Shown piece after piece: positions 19,160 to 27,339 of a stretch of DNA of 64,000 nucleotides. The first letter of the stretch is position 1. Every line of letters begins with the position of its first letter. The notes under the pieces were generated by a model. That model was not told the origin of the DNA, searched no databases, and worked only from the letters and a program-made list of their open reading frames with translations. The DNA lies in the NCBI GenBank assembly GCA_014728175.1, contig WJMA01000003.1:66191-130190 (forward strand), in the 5' to 3' direction. The DNA is from Candidatus Fermentibacterota bacterium. GTDB taxonomy: Bacteria; Fermentibacterota; Fermentibacteria; Fermentibacterales; JCC-6. A program made the translations under genes and the position numbers.

Positions 19160-19326
19160 GCTGGCAACTGGTAGCGGTGCTGGCAGTCGCGGCCGCCGCC
19201 GCCCTGTACGCTGCGATCTACGTGGCCAGGGCCGTAAGGAAGGGCTCCATGTGCGAGCACTGCCCGTTCGCCGGAAGATGCCCCCGGGCAATGGAGCCCG
19301 ACCGCGAAGACCGGGAGGAGGACTAA
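19156..19326 (+). CDS. FeoB-associated Cys-rich membrane protein
   Basis: ATGA overlap with feoB; one TM helix followed by 'CEHCPFAGRC'. Confidence 0.75.
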   Translation: MSWQLVAVLAVAAAAALYAAIYVARAVRKGSMCEHCPFAGRCPRAMEPDREDREED

Positions 19327-19332
19327 AGAGGG

Positions 19333-19959
19333 CTATTGCCCCTTTTGCCGCTCCCTTATCTTCTTCAGCCAGTCCGGCACCGGCTGTTTGCGATCGTAGG
19401 CCAGATCCACCCTGCCCTCCTTCACGTGCAGGATCTCCCTGCCGTTCCTGTGGCCCAGCTCGAAAGCTTCGAGGTTCATCTCCGTGTACTTCTCCGCGAC
19501 GCTCTTCATTATGGCCTGGCGCCACGCATCCAGGCCGAAGTACTTGGTCAGGGCTCCCATCATTCCCAGCGCTATCATGTTCGCCACCAAAGGAGTGCCG
19601 AACGATTCCTTGCTGGTCCTGGTGAACGTGTACTCGTATACGTTCCCGGCCGGGGGCTGATCGACGTAGGTCGAATCCACCAGCGAGAAACCGTCCTCCT
19701 TTACGAACTCACCGAACTTGTCCGCGCTGGGCTGGTTCATGGCCAGAAGCACGTCCAGCTCCCTGCACATGGGGTAGAGGATCTCGTCCTGCGAGACTAT
19801 CACGTCGGTCCTGCTGGCTCCACCCCTGGCCTCCGGGCCGTAGCTCTGGGTCTGGCAAACGTTGTAGCCGTCGTTGATCGCGGTTTCGGCAAGCACCCGG
19901 CCGGCCAACCCGAGCCCCTGGCCTCCCGCGCCCGACAGCCTTATCTCAGCGTACTTCAT
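19333..19959 (-). CDS. korC: 2-oxoacid:ferredoxin oxidoreductase gamma subunit
   Basis: 'SGAGGQG', 'QSYGPEARGGASR', 'NMIALG'. Confidence 0.88.
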   Translation of the reverse strand: MKYAEIRLSGAGGQGLGLAGRVLAETAINDGYNVCQTQSYGPEARGGASRTDVIVSQDEILYPMCRELDVLLAMNQPSADKFGEFVKEDGFSLVDSTYVDQPPAGNVYEYTFTRTSKESFGTPLVANMIALGMMGALTKYFGLDAWRQAIMKSVAEKYTEMNLEAFELGHRNGREILHVKEGRVDLAYDRKQPVPDWLKKIRERQKGQ

Positions 19960-20801
19960 TGGTTCATCTCCAAGCGCTCCCGGGCCCTCTGGCAGAGCTC
20001 TTCGTACCTGTCCAGGTACTCGGGAACATCCACGTCCCGGAAGATGCCCCTGAGGATCTTTCCCTCCAGGTCTTGCTGCTTCATCTTCGTCGCCTGCTTC
20101 ACGGTCACCGTGTCGTCCCGGAGGGACTCCATCATGTCGACGGGGTCGGCCTGGTTGTTGGCCCTTCCGAAGCTGGTCGGGCAGGGCGAGAGAACCTCCA
20201 CCACGCTGAAGCCTTTCTTCTCCATGGCCCTCTTAAAGATCCGGTCCAGCTCCATCACGTGGTACACCGTCCCCCTGGCCACGAACGTGGCGCCGGCGCC
20301 GGACATGAGGTCGCAGACGTCGAAGTTGGGCTCCATCATACCGTAGGGGGTGGTCGAAGTTCTAGCCCCCTCCGGGGTGGTGGGAGAGAACTGGCCGCCG
20401 GTCATGCCGTAATTGTTGTTGTTAACCACAATGGCGGTCATGTCCATGTTCCTCCTGGCGGTGTGGATTATGTGGTTGCCGCCAATGGCCAGAGCGTCTC
20501 CGTCTCCCATCACGGTTATCACCTTCAGCGTCGGATTCGCCAGCTTGACGCCGGTGCTGAAGGCCAATGCTCTGCCGTGGGTGGTATGCAGGGTGTTGAA
20601 ATCGAGGTAGACGGGCATTCTGGACGTGCAGCCAATCCCCGAGGAGACCACCACGTCGTCCTTCTTCCAGTCCAGGTCGATTATAGCCCGGATTATGGAG
20701 CCCATCAGTATGCCGATCCCGCAACCGGGACACCACACGTGGGGAAACTTCTTCTTGTGCCTGAGATACTTGTGCTCGTAGGGAAGATGTACGGCCATCA
20801 T
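19956..20801 (-). CDS. korB: 2-oxoacid:ferredoxin oxidoreductase beta subunit
   Basis: 'WCPGCG', 'SGIGC', 'HTTHGRA', 'GDGD', 'YGMTGGQ', 'SPCPT'. Confidence 0.9.
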   Translation of the reverse strand: MMAVHLPYEHKYLRHKKKFPHVWCPGCGIGILMGSIIRAIIDLDWKKDDVVVSSGIGCTSRMPVYLDFNTLHTTHGRALAFSTGVKLANPTLKVITVMGDGDALAIGGNHIIHTARRNMDMTAIVVNNNNYGMTGGQFSPTTPEGARTSTTPYGMMEPNFDVCDLMSGAGATFVARGTVYHVMELDRIFKRAMEKKGFSVVEVLSPCPTSFGRANNQADPVDMMESLRDDTVTVKQATKMKQQDLEGKILRGIFRDVDVPEYLDRYEELCQRARERLEMNQ

Positions 20802-21940
20802 ACCACCTCCCCTATCTGCTCCACTATCTGCTCCGGCGTTATCTGGTAGCCGTCTATCCTCTGCACGGGGACGATGCGCACGGCATCCAAGGTCACTCTC
20901 TCCACCTCGTGGATGATCTGGCCCTGGTTGAGCTCGGGCACGATCACCACCTCCTTGTCGTCGAGGTACTTCTTTGCCGTAACGTCGGGGAAGGGCCATA
21001 TGGTCACCGGTCTGAATACTCCGACCTTCATACCTTCCTCGGCCAGAATCTGTTGGGCCGCGAGGGCGGAGCGGTAGACCGAGCCATAGGCGAAGATGAC
21101 TACCTTGCTGTCCTCGAGCCCGTGCAGCCTTACGTCCTCGAGCTCATCCAGCCTTCTGGTTATCTTGTGCTTCAATCGGCCGAGCTTGGCCATCACCTCC
21201 TCCACCTTTCGGGTGGGGAAGCCGTGCGCGTCGTGGGTGAGTCCGGTGACGTGGAAGCGGTAGCCGGTTCCGAACCTGGCCATCGGAGACACGTTGGATG
21301 CGGTGGGATGGTAGTGCTCGTACCATTCGATGGGCACGTCCGGCTCCGGCTGGCACTTGATTTCCACCTCGTCCTCCCCGGGGAAGGCTATACGCTCGCG
21401 CATATGGCCCACGATCTCGTCCGCCAGAAGCAGCACCGGAGTACGGAAGCACTCGGCGAGGTTGAAAGCCCGCACGGTAAGATCGAAGCATTCCCTGACG
21501 CTGCAGGGCACCATGGCGATCACCGGATGATCGCCGTGGGTACCCCATCTGGCTTGCATCACGTCTCCCTGGGCCGCCTGGGTGGGCAGGCCCGTCGAGG
21601 GGCCGGCCCTCATCACGTTCACTATTACGATGGGCACCTCCGTCATGCAGGCGTATCCGAGTCCTTCCTGCATAAGGCTGAATCCGGGTCCACTGGTGGC
21701 GGTCATTGCCTTGGCTCCCGCCAGGCTGCCGCCTATTATGGCGCTGATGCTGGCTATCTCGTCCTCCATCTGGATCCACTTCTTCCCCAGCGCGGGAAGA
21801 TATCTGGACAGTATCTCGGCGATCTCGCTGGATGGAGTTATCGGGTACCCGGCGAAGAGGTCGATCTCGCTGGCAATGGCCCCCATGGCGATAGCCTCGT
21901 TGCCCTGCACCAGCTCTTCCTCACCCCATGGTACGATCAC
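20798..21940 (-). CDS. korA: 2-oxoacid:ferredoxin oxidoreductase alpha subunit
   Basis: 'AGYPITPSSEI', 'QMEDEIAS', 'TATSGPGFSLMQE', 'RAGPSTGLPT'. Confidence 0.9.
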   Translation of the reverse strand: MIVPWGEEELVQGNEAIAMGAIASEIDLFAGYPITPSSEIAEILSRYLPALGKKWIQMEDEIASISAIIGGSLAGAKAMTATSGPGFSLMQEGLGYACMTEVPIVIVNVMRAGPSTGLPTQAAQGDVMQARWGTHGDHPVIAMVPCSVRECFDLTVRAFNLAECFRTPVLLLADEIVGHMRERIAFPGEDEVEIKCQPEPDVPIEWYEHYHPTASNVSPMARFGTGYRFHVTGLTHDAHGFPTRKVEEVMAKLGRLKHKITRRLDELEDVRLHGLEDSKVVIFAYGSVYRSALAAQQILAEEGMKVGVFRPVTIWPFPDVTAKKYLDDKEVVIVPELNQGQIIHEVERVTLDAVRIVPVQRIDGYQITPEQIVEQIGEVV

Positions 21941-22221
21941 TGGTCGTCACCTTCCTTCTTTACCGCCCTGCCCTCCTCGTCGGTAAGCGCGATGGCGAAG
22001 TCGGGGCAACGGCGGGCGCACAGGAAACAGCGGATGCATCTCTCCGGATGCGCCACGTGCGCCTTCTGGTCTTCACCCATCTCCAGTACCTGCTTGGGAC
22101 AGAAGGCGACGCATATTCCACAGCCCTTGCACCACTCGGGGTAAATACGGATCAGCGGTTTCTCAGCTCCCTCCTCGGGAGCTTTGCCGGGCTTGGTTCC
22201 GGCCTCGGCCTTCTCAGCCAT
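21937..22221 (-). CDS. korD: 2[4Fe-4S] ferredoxin, oxidoreductase delta subunit
   Basis: Two CxxCxxCxxxCP motifs; coupled to korA. Confidence 0.85.
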   Translation of the reverse strand: MAEKAEAGTKPGKAPEEGAEKPLIRIYPEWCKGCGICVAFCPKQVLEMGEDQKAHVAHPERCIRCFLCARRCPDFAIALTDEEGRAVKKEGDDQ

Positions 22222-22287
22222 TTACGGTCACACCTCCGTGTTCTTTTGGTCTGCGCTCTCTGGGCGGAGCCGCCCCAAAAGCGCGGA

Positions 22288-22314
22288 AGGGCCGGGCTTC
22301 GACCGCCCGGCCCT
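22288..22314. terminator. Strong intergenic hairpin (weak terminator or mRNA-stabilising stem)
   Basis: AGGGCCGGGC-N7-GCCCGGCCCT, perfect 10-bp stem; the U-tract on the minus strand is not adjacent. Confidence 0.4.
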
Positions 22315-22338
22315 CCAGGATGAGTTCATCTTCCTTCG

Positions 22339-23667
22339 TCAGCTCTCCAGAAAAGGCTGCAGAACATCGACCAGGTTGGGCCTGCCTATCTCCTGCAGCT
22401 CGTAGGTCACTCTTGCACAAGGTTTGTCTATCTCTATTACCCGGGCGAGATCTATGGGGGTCGCCACCACCACGGTATCTGCGTCCGAGGAGTTGATGGT
22501 CGCCTGCAGGTCTCTCATCTGGTCGTCTCCGTAACCCATCGCCGGCAGTATCGACACGACTTTGTGATCGGAATAATAGAGCTCGAAGGTGTCCACGATG
22601 GACCCCCTGGCGAACGGCCTGGGATCCACGGTCTCGGCGGCTCCGTAGCGCTGCGCGGCGACTATTCCAGCTCCGTAATCCATACCGCCGTGGGTCAGGG
22701 TGGGACCGTCCTCCACGACCAGCACCCGCTTGCCCGTTATGGACGCGGGATCGTCAACGCTCACCGCGCTGGCGGCCTCGATTATCTTCGCGGAAGGATT
22801 TATCGCCCGGACGTTGTCCCTCACCTCGGCCACTTCCTCGGGGTAGGCGCTGTCCACCTTGTTTATAATCACCGCATCGGACAGCCTTACGTTTATCTGG
22901 CCCGGGTAGTAGGAGAGCTCGTGGCCCGGGCGGTGAGGATCGGCAACCGTCAGATGAAGGTCGGGGAGGTAGAAGGGAGTATCGTTGTTTCCTCCGTCCC
23001 AAAGGATTACATCCGCCTCTTTCTCGGCCTGCCTCAGGATCTCTTCGTAGTCCACTCCCGCGTAAACCACGGTTCCCCTGTTTATATGCGGCTCGTACTC
23101 CTCCATCTCTTCGATGGTGCAGTCGTGCCGCTCCAGGTCGTCTATAGTTTCGAAACGCTGCACCCTCTGGACCCGCAGATCGCCGTAGGGCATGGGATGA
23201 CGGACGACGACTACCTTCCTGCCGGCTTCCTGGAGTATTCCCACCGCCCTTCTCGTGGTCTGGCTCTTACCCGAGCCGGTCCTGACGGCGCATACCGCCA
23301 CCACCGGCCTGGAGCTCTCCAGCATGGTCCTGACGGCCCCCAGCATGGACACGTCCGCACCCGCCGAGTTGACCCGGGCACCCAGGGTCATCACGTAGTG
23401 GTCGGAGAGGTCGCTGTACGAAAGGACGCACAGCTCGACCCCAAAATCGCCAACTATCTCCTCCAGCTCGTCCTCCGGCATTATGGGTATGCCCTCGGGG
23501 TAGAGTTTCCCGGCCAGCTCGGGAGGGTACTTTCTGTCGTCTATATCTGGAATCTGGGCGGCAGTGAAGCCCACAACCTCGTACCTGTCGTCCTCTCTGA
23601 ACACTACGTTGAAGTTATGGAAGTCGCGACCCGCGGCTCCCAGCAGCAAAGTCTTGATCCTGCTCAT
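22339..23667 (-). CDS. COG2403 P-loop protein (cyclic 2,3-diphosphoglycerate synthase-like / arginine synthetase ArcE-like)
   Basis: 'LGAAGRDFHNFN', 'YPPELAG', 'RTGSGKSQT', 'RHPMPYG', 'TIEEMEEYEPH', 'WDGGNND', 'EDGPTLTHG', 'LPAMGY'. Confidence 0.8.
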   Translation of the reverse strand: MSRIKTLLLGAAGRDFHNFNVVFREDDRYEVVGFTAAQIPDIDDRKYPPELAGKLYPEGIPIMPEDELEEIVGDFGVELCVLSYSDLSDHYVMTLGARVNSAGADVSMLGAVRTMLESSRPVVAVCAVRTGSGKSQTTRRAVGILQEAGRKVVVVRHPMPYGDLRVQRVQRFETIDDLERHDCTIEEMEEYEPHINRGTVVYAGVDYEEILRQAEKEADVILWDGGNNDTPFYLPDLHLTVADPHRPGHELSYYPGQINVRLSDAVIINKVDSAYPEEVAEVRDNVRAINPSAKIIEAASAVSVDDPASITGKRVLVVEDGPTLTHGGMDYGAGIVAAQRYGAAETVDPRPFARGSIVDTFELYYSDHKVVSILPAMGYGDDQMRDLQATINSSDADTVVVATPIDLARVIEIDKPCARVTYELQEIGRPNLVDVLQPFLES

Positions 23668-23818
23668 TGCCGTCCTTTCCGCAAGCTAGTGGGTACCTTG
23701 CGGGAAAGCAACAGCGAGCCTGCTCCGGCTCGGCCCTTCCCTACCTACAAAACGACCAGCCCATCGGGCTGGCGAATTGTAGTCCAGTTAATCTCCAAAA
23801 GCCACCGCACGTTGTCAA
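23668..23818 (-). promoter_or_regulatory. Promoter and structured 5' leader with RBS-sequestering hairpin (candidate cis-regulatory RNA)
   Basis: TTGACA at 23818-23813; three hairpins, the last pairing CUUUCCCGCAAG with CUUGCGGAAAG over the SD. Confidence 0.5.
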
Positions 23819-23843
23819 CTTCACCGATCCCCAGGGCCTTTTT

Positions 23844-24299
23844 TCACCGCCCGCTTCGCCCTCCCGCCCGATCGGCCACCAGAAGGAGCGATACTCCGAA
23901 TCCACCCACGGCCCCGGTTATCATTCGGACTGCCTCCGTGCTCCGGTAGCACCCGATAAGCAGCTGCGCCAGACCGTCGACGACCACGGGTAGGAGAAGC
24001 AGGATGCCGGCGGCCACTCCCCAGCGGGGGGGCCGCAGGAAGTGGTAGAGGCTGCCACCGAACAGGCCCATCCAGAAGGAGGTGCACCGGGCACACATCG
24101 CGCTGTGCCCCCAGGGCAGGTTTATGCAGCGGGAGGGAATTCTGTGGCAAAGCCCGGAGAGCACGGGATCCAGAACCGGGATCTCTCCCGGGGGCATCAG
24201 GCCCCTGAGCAGGGAGGCGGCGAACAGGAACAACGCCGGAATTCCCACTATCAGCGAAGCCAGTCGGCGACGTCCCTCCGGCAGCCCTCTCCCGGTCAT
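23844..24299 (-). CDS. DUF2085-like membrane protein
   Basis: 'CHRIPSRC', 'CARC', 'VDGLAQ', 'RMITG' pattern. Confidence 0.75.
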   Translation of the reverse strand: MTGRGLPEGRRRLASLIVGIPALFLFAASLLRGLMPPGEIPVLDPVLSGLCHRIPSRCINLPWGHSAMCARCTSFWMGLFGGSLYHFLRPPRWGVAAGILLLLPVVVDGLAQLLIGCYRSTEAVRMITGAVGGFGVSLLLVADRAGGRSGR

Positions 24300-24338
24300 T
24301 GCTCCGTCCGGAGCCTCTCTGTGGTCAAACCGCCCTTC

Positions 24339-25739
24339 CTAACCGTCGGCCCAGGTGTCCTTGGACCAGTCGAACCGCTCTCCCACCGACCCTCTGCCCA
24401 GGGTCTCCATGGCCGCGTACTCACCCATCTCGATCGAATGATCCATGTTGTTGTACCTGAACAGGCCCTGTCTTCCGCAGGTGACCGAGCCTTCCAGCTC
24501 CTCCATGGCCCGCAGCACTTCGCTCAAAGGATCGGAGTAACCCTTCCTGTAGATGGGATAGGCATGGGCCTGCCTGGAGATGGTGTGATCGATCACCTCG
24601 TCCGCCCGCAGCAATCCCAGCCTCTCGCCCCCCGTCACCGCCGCCTCCACCAGCCGGCGGTCGCCGTTCCACAGGTCGTCGTTCTCTTGGCAGCTGAACT
24701 CGAACACGGCCTGAAAACCGCCCTCGGGAGACATCCCGGGATCGAAGTTCTCCGGGAAGCTTATCCGGTTGAAGAGGTACCTGTCCTCCGATGCGTATAT
24801 CCAATGGTCTTCGACCGGAATCTCCGCGTCCACCCGGAGAGCCACGAATACCACGGCCCTGTAGAGAAGCTGCTCCGCCGACCTTTCCAAACCCTCCGGC
24901 AACACGTCTCCCAGCAGACGAACGTACTCGGGGAGGGGAATGGTGCTCACCACCCTGTCCGCCCTGAGTTGTTCGCCGGCGGTATGGATGACGAACGAGC
25001 CCTGTCCTCCGGTAATCCTCCGGGGGACCGTGCGATAATGGATCGCTCCTCCCATGTCCCCCACCCTCTCGGCCAGGACTTCGGCTATGCGGCCGATTCC
25101 TCTCCGGGGGTAATGGAAGGTGCTTACCAGGCTTCTTATCTTGCCCGAGCTGGGCAGCAGGGTCTCTCTCAGCAGACCGCTCAGGCTGGGAACCGTTATC
25201 CTCTGGCTGGCCCAGTCTACGGACAGTTGGTGGGGAGCGAAACCCCACAGCTTGGCCGTATAGGGCCGGAAATATAAGTCGTATAGCTTATGGCCGAACC
25301 TCTTGACCACCCAGTCCTCGAAGCTTTCCTCCTTCCTGGGGGCCACAATGTTGCCTAGCTTCTCGGCCATATAGCTAAAGACCATAGCCGCGCCCTGGCT
25401 CAAAGGCATTCGCCTCAGCACGTCCCCGAACGACAGTGGGTACCGGAAGTATCTGTCCAGGAGCCTTATCCTGCTCTTGCGCTCCAGCTGCATCAGCTCG
25501 TCCGGAAGAAGGTCTCTCACCCTTTCCAGGATCCAGTCCTCCTGGGTGTGGAACCTGTGCGGGCCGTGGTCGAACCGAAAGCCGTTCTCCGCGCAGGTGG
25601 AAGCCAGGCCGCCGGGGCCGGGCTCCTTCTCCAGCACGGTCACCTCGGCTCCCTCGGCGCACAGCCGCCGGGCCGCGGCCAGACCGGTCAGGCCGGCACC
25701 CAACACCACCACCCGGGGAGCGTCTGTCTCCCTACTCAT
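24339..25739 (-). CDS. FAD-dependent oxidoreductase (UDP-galactopyranose mutase / HemY-like fold)
   Basis: 'GAGLTGL', 'GGLAST', 'FDHGPHRF', 'PYTAKLWG', 'AYPIY', 'GRQGLFRYNNMDHS'. Confidence 0.8.
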   Translation of the reverse strand: MSRETDAPRVVVLGAGLTGLAAARRLCAEGAEVTVLEKEPGPGGLASTCAENGFRFDHGPHRFHTQEDWILERVRDLLPDELMQLERKSRIRLLDRYFRYPLSFGDVLRRMPLSQGAAMVFSYMAEKLGNIVAPRKEESFEDWVVKRFGHKLYDLYFRPYTAKLWGFAPHQLSVDWASQRITVPSLSGLLRETLLPSSGKIRSLVSTFHYPRRGIGRIAEVLAERVGDMGGAIHYRTVPRRITGGQGSFVIHTAGEQLRADRVVSTIPLPEYVRLLGDVLPEGLERSAEQLLYRAVVFVALRVDAEIPVEDHWIYASEDRYLFNRISFPENFDPGMSPEGGFQAVFEFSCQENDDLWNGDRRLVEAAVTGGERLGLLRADEVIDHTISRQAHAYPIYRKGYSDPLSEVLRAMEELEGSVTCGRQGLFRYNNMDHSIEMGEYAAMETLGRGSVGERFDWSKDTWADG

Positions 25740-27339
25740 CCTTCCAGATTATCCTCATCCGATCGTCGGCCCTAACCGGGCTGTGCTCCCGTACGTACTC
25801 TACGACTGCCTTCAGCAGCGTAACACCCGTGTAGCGTCCGGTATGCTCCAGCATCACCTCGTAGCCTATGTTGCCCGAAGCCAGGTATCCGGTGGTAACC
25901 AGCTCGTACATGCTGTCCGGATGAACGGGCTCTCCTCCGACCAGCAGCTCTTCGGTCTTCTGGCCGTCGGGCATCGACTGGTTCCTCACCGCATGGACGC
26001 CCGATATCTCCATATCGCGTCTTCTACCGGCCATGCCCGCCTCCAGCACCTCCACCAGCTCCTCCCCGGTAAGCTCCAACACGTACAGGTCCTCCTGGAA
26101 AGGAATGGCCTGGTAGATTATACGAGGGGTAATGGGGCCCCGGGGAATGGCGGCCCTTATGCCCCCCCTGTTCATCAGAGCCACGTCTGCGCCGGTGCGC
26201 CAGGCCATGGCGTCCGCCACCAGCCTTCCCAGGGGATGTTCCGCCGGGCCCCTGGGAATCTCCTCCTCGGCCTCTCCCACCACCTCGTCCATGCCGGCCT
26301 CCGCCAGCCCGCGGAAACCTTCTATAAGCTCCGTAGCCGCGGGGTCGGGCCAGAACTCGTCGTGGAAGAGGCTGATGTACTCCTCCCCGTACGGAAGGTC
26401 GTAACCGACGAGGGTCTGGGTCTCGGTGTCCAGGGCCAGACGAATGTGTCCGATGCCCGTTCCGTTGGCGTACCCCTGGACCACTATGGTGTGGTTCACA
26501 GGGTTTATCCAGGGCTCGGCGTAGCCTATGTGAATATGACCGCTTACGATGACGTCGATGCCCGGCAGCACGGTGCTCAGCTCTACGTTGTTCAGGGCCC
26601 ACTCTTTGGCGTAGCCAGAGTCGCTTTCCCAGGATCTCAGAACCGATTCCAGGTACCTGTCCGGATCCGGAGGTTGACCCAGGTGGGAGACCAGCACCAC
26701 CACATCGGCTCCTTCCTCCCTGGCCCGATCCATCGCTCTACGGACGGTCTGTACCTCGTTGCCGAAGAGATAGCCCTCCAGCAGCGCGGGATCCACCAGG
26801 CCGTAGGTGTCCGGGGTGTTCACTCCCACGAAGGCCACCTCCACACCTTCCACGTCGCGTATCACGTACGGTTCGACCGGCCGGGGGATGCTTCCGGTCT
26901 CCGTCTGCAGGAAGTTGCAGCAAACCACGGAGAAGTCGGCCGTCCGGGCCAGCTCGACGGCGTTCTCCGCCCCGTCGTCGAAGTCGTGGTTGCCGAGGGT
27001 CATGATGTCGTAGCCCACGAAGTTCATCCACTCCACGACCAGACGGCCGGAGTCGTAATTGCCGACCGGCGTTCCCTGGTAGATGTCGCCGGCGTCTATC
27101 ATAAGGCAGTGCTCACCGCTCTCCCGGCACCTCTCACGCACCTGATCGACGTAGGCGGATATGTACGCTCCTCCCCCCATCATGGGGGGGAAGTTGGGGT
27201 TAATGAAGGAGGCCGAGGTGGGAGCTATGCCTCCATGTATATCATTGGTATGTAATATGTTAAGATATACAGTCTCCGCCGCCGGTTGAGCGGTGGCCAA
27301 AAGCAGGGCAACGAAGAGCAGGAACCGGCGTTTGGTCAC
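25732..27339 (-). CDS. Secreted 5'-nucleotidase / UDP-sugar hydrolase family protein
   Basis: Signal peptide from GTG 27339 (GTGA overlap); 'HTNDIHG', 'DAGD', 'GNHDFD', 'SHLG', 'SGHIH'; C-terminal domain 'NRGGIR..IPF'. Confidence 0.9.
   Translation of the reverse strand: MTKRRFLLFVALLLATAQPAAETVYLNILHTNDIHGGIAPTSASFINPNFPPMMGGGAYISAYVDQVRERCRESGEHCLMIDAGDIYQGTPVGNYDSGRLVVEWMNFVGYDIMTLGNHDFDDGAENAVELARTADFSVVCCNFLQTETGSIPRPVEPYVIRDVEGVEVAFVGVNTPDTYGLVDPALLEGYLFGNEVQTVRRAMDRAREEGADVVVLVSHLGQPPDPDRYLESVLRSWESDSGYAKEWALNNVELSTVLPGIDVIVSGHIHIGYAEPWINPVNHTIVVQGYANGTGIGHIRLALDTETQTLVGYDLPYGEEYISLFHDEFWPDPAATELIEGFRGLAEAGMDEVVGEAEEEIPRGPAEHPLGRLVADAMAWRTGADVALMNRGGIRAAIPRGPITPRIIYQAIPFQEDLYVLELTGEELVEVLEAGMAGRRRDMEISGVHAVRNQSMPDGQKTEELLVGGEPVHPDSMYELVTTGYLASGNIGYEVMLEHTGRYTGVTLLKAVVEYVREHSPVRADDRMRIIWKDE

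Noticed and set aside
23745-23782. ykkC/guanidine-I riboswitch identity for the leader (contains GGCUGGUC)
   Set aside because: The conserved AGGGUUCCG and AAAAGCCCGG-type segments are absent.
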